A stretch of 64,000 nt of DNA from a virus: the IMG/VR virus record IMGVR_UViG_3300047310_000715; one strand, written 5' to 3'. Made by a program: the position numbers and the translations under genes. Of this stretch, positions 17,936 to 25,972 are shown piece after piece. The notes under the pieces were generated by a model. It did not search any database. It was given only the letters and a program-made list of their open reading frames with translations, and was not told where the DNA came from. The number at the start of each line of letters is the position of its first letter. Position 1 is the stretch's first letter.

Positions 17936-18762
17936 TGGAAAACACACGGCGCTACCTGTACGGGCCGACCGCCCCGCTGACGCGCGAGCAGGAGCAGGAA
18001 CTCTTCAGGAAACTAAACCAGCGGGATAGGAGTGCGCGCGACGAGCTCGTTCGACGCCACATTTGGGTCGCGTCCCTGACGGCTCGCCGGTACCGGTTCT
18101 TCGGGATCCCGGTCGACGACCTCGTCCAGCACGCGGTCGAGGGAATCCTGATCGCGCTCGAGTCGTTCGACCCGGCCCGCGGGATCCGGTTCTCGACCTA
18201 CGCCGGAACCGCCTGCCGCTCGAAGGTACAGGATGCAGTCTTCCGACTTCACCGGTGCGTCCGGATCGGCCAGAGCGCCCGGGAGCGGGCCGCCCTTCGA
18301 TGGTGGCGGAAGACTAAGAGCCAGGTCCCGGACGAGATGGCCCGCGAGGTCGGGATGCCGATCGGGAGGGCTAGGGCGCTCCTGCCGCTGCTCGCGACCC
18401 AGTCGATCTCAACCGAGGGCCCGGCACGGCGTGGTCTCGATGGCGTGACGTTCGGCGACTGCCTCGAGAACCCGTCCGGGAGCCCCGAGGACGCGCTGGG
18501 GGATCAGGAACGGCTCCAGCTAGGCCGGGAGGCCATCGGGCGCTTCCGCAGGTCGCTCGGGAAGCGGGACCGGGCGATCTTCGACGCTCGTTGCCTCGCG
18601 GAGGACCCGCCAACACTCCAGGAGCTCGCCGAACAGATGGGGTTATCGCGGGAACGAATCCGGCAGATCGAGGTTCAGCTCCGGTGTAGGCTCCGGGAAG
18701 CTGTCTTGGAGGCGACGAATTGTCTAGACATCGTGTCTAGACACGCTAGTATCGGATCATGA
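17935..18762 (+). CDS. Sigma70-family (RpoH-like) RNA polymerase sigma factor
   Basis: Region 2 DDLVQHAVEGILIALESFDPARGIRFSTYA; region 4 TLQELAEQMGLSRERIRQIE. Confidence 0.9.
   Translation: MENTRRYLYGPTAPLTREQEQELFRKLNQRDRSARDELVRRHIWVASLTARRYRFFGIPVDDLVQHAVEGILIALESFDPARGIRFSTYAGTACRSKVQDAVFRLHRCVRIGQSARERAALRWWRKTKSQVPDEMAREVGMPIGRARALLPLLATQSISTEGPARRGLDGVTFGDCLENPSGSPEDALGDQERLQLGREAIGRFRRSLGKRDRAIFDARCLAEDPPTLQELAEQMGLSRERIRQIEVQLRCRLREAVLEATNCLDIVSRHASIGS
18716..18761 (+). promoter_or_regulatory. Promoter/operator cassette 2 (leaderless)
   Basis: Boxes 18721-30 and 18734-43; TAGACA-N16-TAGTAT-N6-ATG(18759). Confidence 0.85.
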
Positions 18763-19061
18763 CCGAAGACACTATCGAGAAACGAATCAAGGCGTTCGAG
18801 GCGGCTCGCCGGAAGGCTTCGCGCCTCATTCACGCGGTCGCGGACGGCGCGGACCCGAAGCCGCTCTACAGGGCCGTCGAGGCTGCCTACCGGGCCGGTA
18901 ACCGACTCGTCGGGCACGAGCCTTCCGAGGTTCGGGACTTCCGCTGGGCCCAGATGAGTGCGATCCAGTCCCGGATCGGCTGGGCGATTCAACAGGGCGC
19001 GGTAGCGCGTCAGCTCGCTCGTAACGCGGAACTTCGCGAGATTCTCGGGAGGGCCTCGTGA
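18759..19061 (+). CDS. Hypothetical protein, first gene of cassette 2 operon
   Basis: ATG at predicted +1. Confidence 0.65.
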   Translation: MTEDTIEKRIKAFEAARRKASRLIHAVADGADPKPLYRAVEAAYRAGNRLVGHEPSEVRDFRWAQMSAIQSRIGWAIQQGAVARQLARNAELREILGRAS

Positions 19062-19327
19062 GGCTCGCGGACCGCCCCTACCGACTCGTCGTGAATCCGG
19101 TTCCGGCCTACGGGTTCGCGTTCGACCTTCGGGTCGAGTCGGTCCACCAGGCGAAGGAAGCGCTCGTACGCTGGCAGACCGAACGCGGGATCGGTCCCGC
19201 CGACGTCCGGCGCGGCCGCGGCGACTACACCGGGCACGGCGACGTCCTGGACCGCGAAGGGTGTTTGGTCGCCCGGGTCAGCTACGACGGGCGAGTTCGG
19301 TTCCACCGACCCCGGAGGTCCGCGTGA
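19058..19327 (+). CDS. Hypothetical protein
   Basis: GGAGG RBS; G..YTG.G.V.D..G..VARVSYDGRV motif. Confidence 0.65.
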   Translation: MRLADRPYRLVVNPVPAYGFAFDLRVESVHQAKEALVRWQTERGIGPADVRRGRGDYTGHGDVLDREGCLVARVSYDGRVRFHRPRRSA

Positions 19328-19479
19328 TCCCGCGGAAGCTCGACTGGGCGCTCTGGGGTCAACTCGGGGGCTTTACCCCGTACCGACAGCTGATGGCCGA
19401 ACACGAGTGGCGTCGCCGGCAGGTCGAGGGCGCGTGGGTCGAGCAGCGTGGCGGTATCTCGTTCCCGAGGTTCCGATGA
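19324..19479 (+). CDS. Small hypothetical protein
   Basis: GGAGG RBS; overlaps at both ends. Confidence 0.55.
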   Translation: MIPRKLDWALWGQLGGFTPYRQLMAEHEWRRRQVEGAWVEQRGGISFPRFR

Positions 19480-19697
19480 CGGCGCGTCTTCTCGCCCAAC
19501 TCGGGTGGGTCTTCAGCTGCGACGCTGAGGCGATTCGGGACGACTACGCGTTCCCGCGGAAGGTCCTGACGGACCACGACATCGAGCAGGCCGAGCACCT
19601 CGAGCGGACCGCTAACGAGATCTTCGACCGCGTCGCCGCCGCGGACCCCGAGCAGGGGACCGGAACCGACTACTGCTTCAACCGGGAGGGAACGTGA
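19476..19697 (+). CDS. Hypothetical protein
   Basis: ATGA/GTGA overlaps. Confidence 0.6.
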   Translation: MTARLLAQLGWVFSCDAEAIRDDYAFPRKVLTDHDIEQAEHLERTANEIFDRVAAADPEQGTGTDYCFNREGT

Positions 19698-19978
19698 TCG
19701 TTGTCGTTTCGGTCCTCGAGGACGTCCTGCTCGTCGTGACGGACCGCGAGAACGATCCGCGGGGACGGTACGTGACGAAGGGCGGTCGCTATGCTGGGTC
19801 GTTCGCCGCCGGCGACGAGTGCGTGCTCCTCCACGACGGCGAGGTGGTGCTCTCGCCGAGGGAAGCGATGGCGTGCCGGTTCGTGCTCCGGAACGCGCTT
19901 GGGTTCCTCAGCGTCGCGCGTGGAGCCGCTGAGGCGGGAGCGAATCTAGTCGACCACGAGCTCCGGAAACCGAACTGA
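19694..19978 (+). CDS. Hypothetical protein
   Basis: GGAGG RBS. Confidence 0.6.
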   Translation: MIVVVSVLEDVLLVVTDRENDPRGRYVTKGGRYAGSFAAGDECVLLHDGEVVLSPREAMACRFVLRNALGFLSVARGAAEAGANLVDHELRKPN

Positions 19979-20116
19979 GTTGTCCCCAAGAGGGGTGTTG
20001 CGCATCTCGCGCAACAGGGCGCCATAGACAACTAAGGCGTTGGGGCCGCGCCTAGATTCGACCGGGTTAACCCACCTCCCGGAACGAATGAAGGTGTGCA
20101 GAACATCGGCCCTGCT

Positions 20117-20476
20117 TTACCCGACGACGGTCCAGCGGATCCGGGGGAACTCGCGGACGAGTGCCGCGACGAGCGCGCGACCGCCGGGCGTGACGGTCCG
20201 GACCCAGACGGCCCGCGGGCGTGTCTTCCGGAGCAGGTACCGCCAGAGCTCCGCGGCCGCTCCCCTGCGGCGTTCGGTGCTCGCGACCCACGTGCCGGCC
20301 GCGCAGAGCTGTCCGGTGCGGTCGAACTCGTACCGGAGGAACCCAACCGTCTTGCCTTGGTGTCGGCGTACGACCGCGAACTGAACCGGGTCGAGCTGCG
20401 GGAAGTCGCCCGAAGCTTCGGGCGGTAGGATGTTCCGTGGGACGTCGTGGTCGGGACCGACGAGCCGGGTCTGCAT
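20117..20476 (-). CDS. GNAT-family acetyltransferase
   Basis: VGFLRY..LCAAGTWVASTERRRGAAAELW matches acetyl-CoA binding motif A (V..R/QxxGxA). Confidence 0.7.
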   Translation of the reverse strand: MQTRLVGPDHDVPRNILPPEASGDFPQLDPVQFAVVRRHQGKTVGFLRYEFDRTGQLCAAGTWVASTERRRGAAAELWRYLLRKTRPRAVWVRTVTPGGRALVAALVREFPRIRWTVVG

Positions 20477-20521
20477 CCCTACTGGGTAGCGGGCCGCGCC
20501 CGGGCCCCGCAACCCGGTCGG

Positions 20522-20713
20522 TCAAAACCGCGTAACGATTCGGGCGAGCCGGGCGGCATCGGCCGCACGCCGGCGCTCATCTCGCTTTAGGTCCGCTTCC
20601 TGGCGCTGAACCGCATACCGAAGATGAAGCTCGTACCCCCGAACCTTCTGGCGTCGGAACAGCCAAGCGGCCGCCGGGCACGGGGCTTCGCTGGTGCATC
20701 CACACGGCAGCAT
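20522..20713 (-). CDS. Small hypothetical protein
   Basis: ATG 2 nt after upstream stop; PCGC..PC. Confidence 0.55.
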   Translation of the reverse strand: MLPCGCTSEAPCPAAAWLFRRQKVRGYELHLRYAVQRQEADLKRDERRRAADAARLARIVTRF

Positions 20714-20715
20714 CG

Positions 20716-21003
20716 TTACGGCTTGGCTCCCAGCAGGAGCGCCCGGATCACTTCCGCTTCCGCGGCGTCGACGTACCGCTCGTTCTCGCAATACCGGCAT
20801 GGGTTACAGGACGGGCACGGGACCCGCGTCACCTCCTCGTCGAGTTCGAATGGCGCTTGGCCGTTTTCGACCATCCAACGGCGCCGGACCTCCTGGTCGA
20901 CCAGACAAGCCCCACCGCAGAGCCCGCAGGCGCGCTTCGTGTATCCCCGCGGGTCGTGCTCCTCGCCGCTCGCGAGGCACTTCGGGCAGATCGCGATTCC
21001 CAT
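20716..21003 (-). CDS. Multi-CxxC zinc-finger protein
   Basis: CPKC, CGLCGG, CPSC, CRYC. Confidence 0.7.
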   Translation of the reverse strand: MGIAICPKCLASGEEHDPRGYTKRACGLCGGACLVDQEVRRRWMVENGQAPFELDEEVTRVPCPSCNPCRYCENERYVDAAEAEVIRALLLGAKP

Positions 21004-21016
21004 CCCGCACCCTACC

Positions 21017-21036
21017 ACCGCGCCGCGCGGCGCGGT
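21017..21036. repeat. 20-bp palindrome copy 5 (between divergent starts)
   Basis: Exact match. Confidence 0.95.
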
Positions 21037-21060
21037 CATCCGGGGCGCCATCCCGGGGCA

Positions 21061-21372
21061 ATGGAACAGAACCCGTGCTGCCGAGCGTTCGTCGGAACTC
21101 TAAAGACGGAAGATCTTTACGCTGCCGTTTATCTCGCGTGCCCGACGTGCGGAACGACGATCAAAGATCGAATCCAAACGGCAGCGCGCCCCTCGCTTGC
21201 GCCGCGGGACGCCTGGCATAACGCCGGAGCCGCGATCTCGTTTGTGAGTCTGCTTTCACCACCACCTCCCCCGAGCTGGGCGAGCTCTCGCGCGGCGGCG
21301 CTTCATCACCGAACGCTCGGGAAGGTTCGGAGGCGACAGCGCCGCCTTCACACGAACTCGAGGGCATTCTGA
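21061..21372 (+). CDS. Hypothetical protein carrying LAPRDAWHN motif
   Basis: ATG 21061; TGATG coupling to next gene; CPTC. Confidence 0.45.
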   Translation: MEQNPCCRAFVGTLKTEDLYAAVYLACPTCGTTIKDRIQTAARPSLAPRDAWHNAGAAISFVSLLSPPPPPSWASSRAAALHHRTLGKVRRRQRRLHTNSRAF

Positions 21373-21704
21373 TGACGTTCGAGGTCAGCGGGATCGGCCG
21401 CCGGGTCGGGGCGATCGGAATCTTCCACGCCTTTTCCTGTACCGTGGAGGCGCAGGACGACGCGGAAGCTCGCCTCAACGTGTACGGGGGGTACGAGCAC
21501 ATCACGGAGATGAAGGTAACGCCGGCGCTGGAACGCCAGACGATCGTCGTGTCGCCGAAGGAACTCGTCCGGTGCTGCTGGTGCGGGGCCGAGGAATCCC
21601 GGCAGGTCGCGTTCTCGATCGGGTGGCTCGAACACACGGACGAGAACGGGCGAGCGTACGGATGCCCGAACCACCCTCAGCGTCTTCTGCCGGCCCGCCG
21701 ATGA
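21372..21704 (+). CDS. Hypothetical protein
   Basis: GAGGG RBS; CCWC..GCP. Confidence 0.6.
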   Translation: MTFEVSGIGRRVGAIGIFHAFSCTVEAQDDAEARLNVYGGYEHITEMKVTPALERQTIVVSPKELVRCCWCGAEESRQVAFSIGWLEHTDENGRAYGCPNHPQRLLPARR

Positions 21705-22087
21705 GCCGACAAGCACGTAGGAGACGCATCGCGAAGCAGGTTGAGTATTGTGGCCTTACGTACACGGGGCCCTTCCGGAACACGTGGCTCGAACCCGGTC
21801 CCGACACGATGCCGTATGGGGCCCGGAAGCGCCTCATGATGTTGATCGTCCAGGCCAAGATTCTCGCGAAGCTTCTGCCGCTGAAGGGGACCCAAACCAT
21901 TCCCGACTATCGGGCGGCTGCGCGCGAAGCGTCCGCCGAGTCGATCCGCGAGACGACCCAGACGCTCAACTACCGGTGGCTCATGCGGGATCCGAAGGAT
22001 TCCCGTCGCCGTCGAGGATCGAAGGGTCGTCCCGAAGCGCTTCCGCGATTGCCTCTGCCCCGCGTGCCTGTGCCTCGGCCGCGCTGA
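21701..22087 (+). CDS. Basic hypothetical protein
   Basis: ATGA overlap; 3' end overlaps the endolysin 3' end. Confidence 0.5.
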   Translation: MSRQARRRRIAKQVEYCGLTYTGPFRNTWLEPGPDTMPYGARKRLMMLIVQAKILAKLLPLKGTQTIPDYRAAAREASAESIRETTQTLNYRWLMRDPKDSRRRRGSKGRPEALPRLPLPRVPVPRPR

Positions 22088-22712
22088 CGTCGACGGGCGC
22101 ATCCGGAACATCGACGCGAGGATTCTGCGCCGCCCGCGACTGAACTTCTCGGATCGTTCGGCAGACGTCGCCTCGGGTGACGAACCCGGTATCGCCGGAG
22201 TCGAACCCGGCGTTCTGCCGGTAGATGGCCTTTGAGCGATCCCGCTCCGCCGGCGTAACGGTGTCGTGGTTGTTCAGCTTCGACCCATCGCGGGCCGCCA
22301 CGACCCACGAATCTTCCTGTCCGATCGCGGCCGGGTAGAAGACCCCCAGGTACGTGTTCTCGAGCGAGTCCATCCGGCCGCGGTACGAGCCGAGGTATCG
22401 CTCGACGAACGGGAGCTGCTCCAGGACCGTCATCTGGGCGAGCCCGTAGGGGGACGTGCCGAGCAGCTTCGCGGTCGAGGGCATGAACTGGATCAGCCCG
22501 ACGGCCCCCTGATACGGAACGCCGCGCTTCTGCGCGTCGATGACGGCCCACCGGTTCCGCTGACTCGGGCTGAAGGTCCCGGCGGTTTCGAACGAGACGA
22601 CGCATGCGAGCCAATCCGGCTGTATCGAGAGTTGGTCGGCGGTCCCGCAGAACCCCCGTAGTTCGTCCGGCGTTAGGTGCTCGATCCCGGGGGCCCCGCA
22701 GATAGTTCGCAT
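21981..22712 (-). CDS. Endolysin / lytic transglycosylase (SLT-like)
   Basis: WLACVVSFETAGTFSP (catalytic Glu), GAVGLIQFMPSTA, EQLPFVERY; GGAGG RBS on minus strand. Confidence 0.85.
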   Translation of the reverse strand: MRTICGAPGIEHLTPDELRGFCGTADQLSIQPDWLACVVSFETAGTFSPSQRNRWAVIDAQKRGVPYQGAVGLIQFMPSTAKLLGTSPYGLAQMTVLEQLPFVERYLGSYRGRMDSLENTYLGVFYPAAIGQEDSWVVAARDGSKLNNHDTVTPAERDRSKAIYRQNAGFDSGDTGFVTRGDVCRTIREVQSRAAQNPRVDVPDAPVDVSAAEAQARGAEAIAEALRDDPSILDGDGNPSDPA

Positions 22713-22757
22713 GACCGGATCCTCCCCCGGTCCCCCAGGTAGGTCAACGGAGGCTGT

Positions 22758-22804
22758 CGAATTGTCTAGACACCGTGTCTAGACACGCTAGTATGAGGTT
22801 CATG
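22758..22804 (+). promoter_or_regulatory. Promoter/operator cassette 3 (leaderless)
   Basis: Boxes 22763-72 and 22776-85; TAGACA-N16-TAGTAT-N7-ATG(22802). Confidence 0.85.
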
Positions 22805-23125
22805 AAGACGACGAATTGTTCGTGTGGATGTTCGGCTCCCCATATCATCTTTTCTCGCCGAACGGCTGATAACGTGCTCGTCCAGGGCTGGTCGGACGGG
22901 TACCTGACGACCACGATTATCGGCCAGGTCGTTGCCCGCTCGTTGCCCACGAATCTACTTTGGATTCTCGCCGACGAGATCGGACTATATGAGAAGTCGG
23001 AACTCCGCTCCCTAGTTAAGGGAGCTCGGAAAGCTCTCGATAAGCACGTCCGAGAGCCCCATCGCACGCGCCTATCCGACCTACCGCGGCTCGTTCGTGC
23101 CTATGCACCGGCGGTGGTCTCGTGA
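22802..23125 (+). CDS. Hypothetical protein, first gene of cassette 3 operon
   Basis: ATG at predicted +1; CSCGC. Confidence 0.65.
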   Translation: MKTTNCSCGCSAPHIIFSRRTADNVLVQGWSDGYLTTTIIGQVVARSLPTNLLWILADEIGLYEKSELRSLVKGARKALDKHVREPHRTRLSDLPRLVRAYAPAVVS

Positions 23126-23808
23126 AAACGACGGTAGACGAATCGGGGCGAACGACCTGGCACTTCTCGAAGCAGGAGCTCGTCGCGCTCCTCGCGTTCA
23201 TGTCGACGGATGTTACGCGCCCCGGGATATCGATCCTGGTGCTCGACCAGAAGACGGGTCGCTGCTGGGCTACGGACGGGCACCGCGGCGCGATCCTGAA
23301 GGGGGAGCGGGTCGACCACGACCGCGCGATCGAGCGCCCCGTCGAGGGCGTTAAGCGCGAGACCGTCGAGAGCGCGATCAAGCATGCGGCTCCGAAGGAC
23401 GAGATCCGGATCACGGGGCCCGGTTCCGCGTCCGAGATCGCGAAGTGCCGCGTCGAGGTGATGGAGCCCATCTCGCCCGGATCGAACTTCTGCCGCGCCT
23501 CCTACGAGGCGTTCCTGTCGGACGAAGCGCCGAACCATCTCGACGCGGTCGTACCGGAACGGCGCGACCCGAAGCACAAGGGGGGCGCGACGGCCTGCTT
23601 CAACGGTCCGTACCTGGCGGACCTCGCGCTTGTGACGAAGGCGTGCCCGCCGACGATCATTAAACGTTCCGACCGGGGGACCGATAAACTCTACCCGGGA
23701 GTCGAGATCCAACCGCCCGCGAGCGATCTGGATCCGCTCCTCGGGACGGTCCGGTGTCCCGCGAATGGGTCCGAATGGTCGATCGTCGTCATGCCGATGC
23801 GGATGTAG
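23122..23808 (+). CDS. DNA polymerase III beta-clamp-like protein (short)
   Basis: FMSTDVTRPGI..WATDGHRGAI and FNGPYLADL resemble DnaN motifs; only 228 aa. Confidence 0.6.
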   Translation: MKTTVDESGRTTWHFSKQELVALLAFMSTDVTRPGISILVLDQKTGRCWATDGHRGAILKGERVDHDRAIERPVEGVKRETVESAIKHAAPKDEIRITGPGSASEIAKCRVEVMEPISPGSNFCRASYEAFLSDEAPNHLDAVVPERRDPKHKGGATACFNGPYLADLALVTKACPPTIIKRSDRGTDKLYPGVEIQPPASDLDPLLGTVRCPANGSEWSIVVMPMRM

Positions 23809-23866
23809 GCGCAAGTTTTGCGGAAGAAAAGTACGGTTGCTGTGAACCAAAAAAGGAGAGAGAACA

Positions 23867-24118
23867 ATGCCTAAACCGACGGTAGGGTTGTTGATTGCAC
23901 TCGCACGCCTAATCGAGCTCGAAACGGGTCGGAAGCCCGAAGCGCTCTTGGTCGGCCATCTCGTGATGCATGATGTCTGGCGGGAGCTCCTTCCGACGAT
24001 CCAGGAGTCCCAACCGGGCGCCCGGATCGACGTAACCGACACCGTCCACCTCGGCGGGACTGCGATCCGGTGGGGCAGTCATCTTGAGCTGAACACGGTC
24101 CAATTCAAGATTCGTTAG
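23867..24118 (+). CDS. Hypothetical protein
   Basis: AAAGGAG RBS. Confidence 0.65.
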   Translation: MPKPTVGLLIALARLIELETGRKPEALLVGHLVMHDVWRELLPTIQESQPGARIDVTDTVHLGGTAIRWGSHLELNTVQFKIR

Positions 24119-24127
24119 GGGGAGATG

Positions 24128-24173
24128 CGAATTGTCTAGACACGGTGTCTAGACACGCTAGTGTTGGATCATG
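24128..24173 (+). promoter_or_regulatory. Promoter/operator cassette 4 (leaderless)
   Basis: Boxes 24133-42 and 24146-55; TAGACA-N16-TAGTGT-N6-ATG(24171). Confidence 0.85.
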
Positions 24174-24404
24174 AAGACGATGACGACGGCAGCCAAAACG
24201 ACGGTTCAGAATCCCAACCTCTACGTGGTCCGCTCCTGTAACTTCTCGTGGCACGAGCCGATCGAAACCGCTTCCTACGAGGAGGCCCTGACGGCTGCTC
24301 GCGGTCGCGGGTTCGAGGCTCGGATCGACCGCGCTGGGACGCTCGTCGCGACCTGGAGCCCGCTCTACGGGACCCACACGTACTCGCGCGAGCTCGCCCG
24401 ATGA
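24171..24404 (+). CDS. Hypothetical protein, first gene of cassette 4 operon
   Basis: ATG at predicted +1. Confidence 0.65.
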   Translation: MKTMTTAAKTTVQNPNLYVVRSCNFSWHEPIETASYEEALTAARGRGFEARIDRAGTLVATWSPLYGTHTYSRELAR

Positions 24405-24673
24405 GGGCCGCGTTCCCGCCCCGTAGGGCTTCCGAGCCGACCCGAACGATGGGGGGCGAGCTCCCGGGCGGCATCGAGCTCGAAGTTCGCTGGTGGGCCG
24501 GCTCCGGCCGGGTAGAGGTCGATCAGAATGTTGCGGGCGAGTGGGTTGGGTTCGCGGTCGGCTGCTGGGACTACGAGAGCGACCGGGTCATCTGGTCCCG
24601 GCACGAAGGGTGCTCCCCTACCCGTATCGCGGGCGCCGTCACCGATATGATCCGGATCGAGGCGCAGTCGTGA
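24401..24673 (+). CDS. Hypothetical protein
   Basis: ATGA/GTGA overlaps. Confidence 0.6.
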   Translation: MRAAFPPRRASEPTRTMGGELPGGIELEVRWWAGSGRVEVDQNVAGEWVGFAVGCWDYESDRVIWSRHEGCSPTRIAGAVTDMIRIEAQS

Positions 24674-25158
24674 GCGCGTTCCCTACCGGGAAGGACATCG
24701 CTCACCTCCTCGGGGTCGAGACCGGCATCGCGTCGTCTATCTCGTGGGCGTTCGACTGCATGGGGGTCGCGGAAAAAGAGATCGCGCGCGCGAAGCGGGC
24801 GCACCCGAAACGAGCCGATGCGATCCACGGGGCGTTCCGGATCCTCTACCCGGGAATGCTGTCTGAGTTCCGGAACGAGCGCCTGTACCGGCACCACGTT
24901 CAAGAGCTCCTCGACCGCGTAGCGCGCGATGAAGATCTCAAGCCTGGGACGACCGCCGAGTGCCTCGCTAGCCTGTCGAAAACGAGCCTAGTGGCCCCGC
25001 TCCGGGCCGACCCGACGAACCTCGCGTACCGGTTGTTTCAGCAGGTACTGGGGCGCTCCATCGCCGGCGAGACCATTCGGGAGTCGTTCCCGGGAGCGCT
25101 CGACGAACTCGAGCAGGATATGCGGCGGAAGCTGTCGAGCGAAAGGGATCCGGCGTGA
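24670..25158 (+). CDS. Hypothetical protein
   Basis: GTGA overlaps; helical composition. Confidence 0.65.
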   Translation: MSAFPTGKDIAHLLGVETGIASSISWAFDCMGVAEKEIARAKRAHPKRADAIHGAFRILYPGMLSEFRNERLYRHHVQELLDRVARDEDLKPGTTAECLASLSKTSLVAPLRADPTNLAYRLFQQVLGRSIAGETIRESFPGALDELEQDMRRKLSSERDPA

Positions 25159-25481
25159 TCGAACGACGCGCCCACCTGTACCGGTGCATGTTGCGGGACT
25201 GGCGCGCGGGCCGCGCGTTCTGGGACCAGCGTGGGTTCTACCGGATCTTCGCGCTCGTCCGGGGGACCGACGGAGTCGTCCGGAAGTCGAGCTCGGCCCG
25301 GAAGGCACCTTGGTCGGACCTCGCGCTCGAGTTGTTCCCGGGGTCATCCGGGGGACTTCACGCGGCGGCCGAGCTCGAGTACCCGCTGACTCGTAGGACC
25401 GCATTCGGACGCCTTCACGCGCTCGACCCGGTTGCGTCAAAACTGCTGTGTGAGATCGCGAAAGAGGAACTCGATGTGTGA
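25155..25481 (+). CDS. Hypothetical protein
   Basis: GTGA overlap. Confidence 0.55.
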   Translation: MIERRAHLYRCMLRDWRAGRAFWDQRGFYRIFALVRGTDGVVRKSSSARKAPWSDLALELFPGSSGGLHAAAELEYPLTRRTAFGRLHALDPVASKLLCEIAKEELDV

Positions 25482-25677
25482 AGACGAATCCTACCGGGTT
25501 ATCGGGACGCACCACCGAGAGGGAAGCCGGAACGTGACGCTGACCCGACAGGGTGGGTTCGTTGACCTCGCGGTCTCACAGCTCCGCCGGATCGGCTACC
25601 GCCGGATCCTCGTGAGGCCAGCGGGCGCAATGTCGTCCTTTCCCCCTCCCGCGATGCCGCAAGAAAGCGTTAAAGGT

Positions 25678-25687
25678 TGTCTAGACA
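25678..25687. promoter_or_regulatory. Single TGTCTAGACA box upstream of 25706 and the RHH gene
   Basis: Exact 10-bp palindrome preceded by T, as in the cassettes. Confidence 0.6.
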
Positions 25688-25705
25688 GCGCCGTTCCTAA
25701 GGGGC

Positions 25706-25909
25706 ATGGAACGAACGCAGGAGGGACGGAAGATGGAAACGGAGTTGATCGCGGGGTTGCAGGAGGAGTGGAAGCTCGCGATGCGGGCGGGGCGAGCCGA
25801 GGACGCGGGCCGGATCGCGGCTCGGATCTGGGAGATCCGAAGATCGTCGGCGAAAGTCCGGGCGGCTCGTACGACGACCCGCCTAGCTCTCGCGTCCGTC
25901 CTTCGTTAG
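25706..25909 (+). CDS. Small helical protein
   Basis: AAGGGG RBS; alternative start ATG 25733 after GGAGGG. Confidence 0.55.
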   Translation: MERTQEGRKMETELIAGLQEEWKLAMRAGRAEDAGRIAARIWEIRRSSAKVRAARTTTRLALASVLR

Positions 25910-25972
25910 TACCCCGCGCCCTCTGGTACTGGAGGGGTGTACGGGAGGGTTGAAAGCCCGTATAGACATCCC

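Noticed and set aside
20042-20540. Intact tmRNA or tRNA gene
   Set aside because: No TTCRA T-arm followed by an acceptor strand complementary to GGGGCCG; the interval is occupied by the GNAT gene. Kept only as a low-interest finding.
25474-25953. Long ORF 25474-25953 as one real gene
   Set aside because: Its 3' half runs through the box at 25678 and fully overlaps the better-supported 25706-25909; only the 5' part may be coding.
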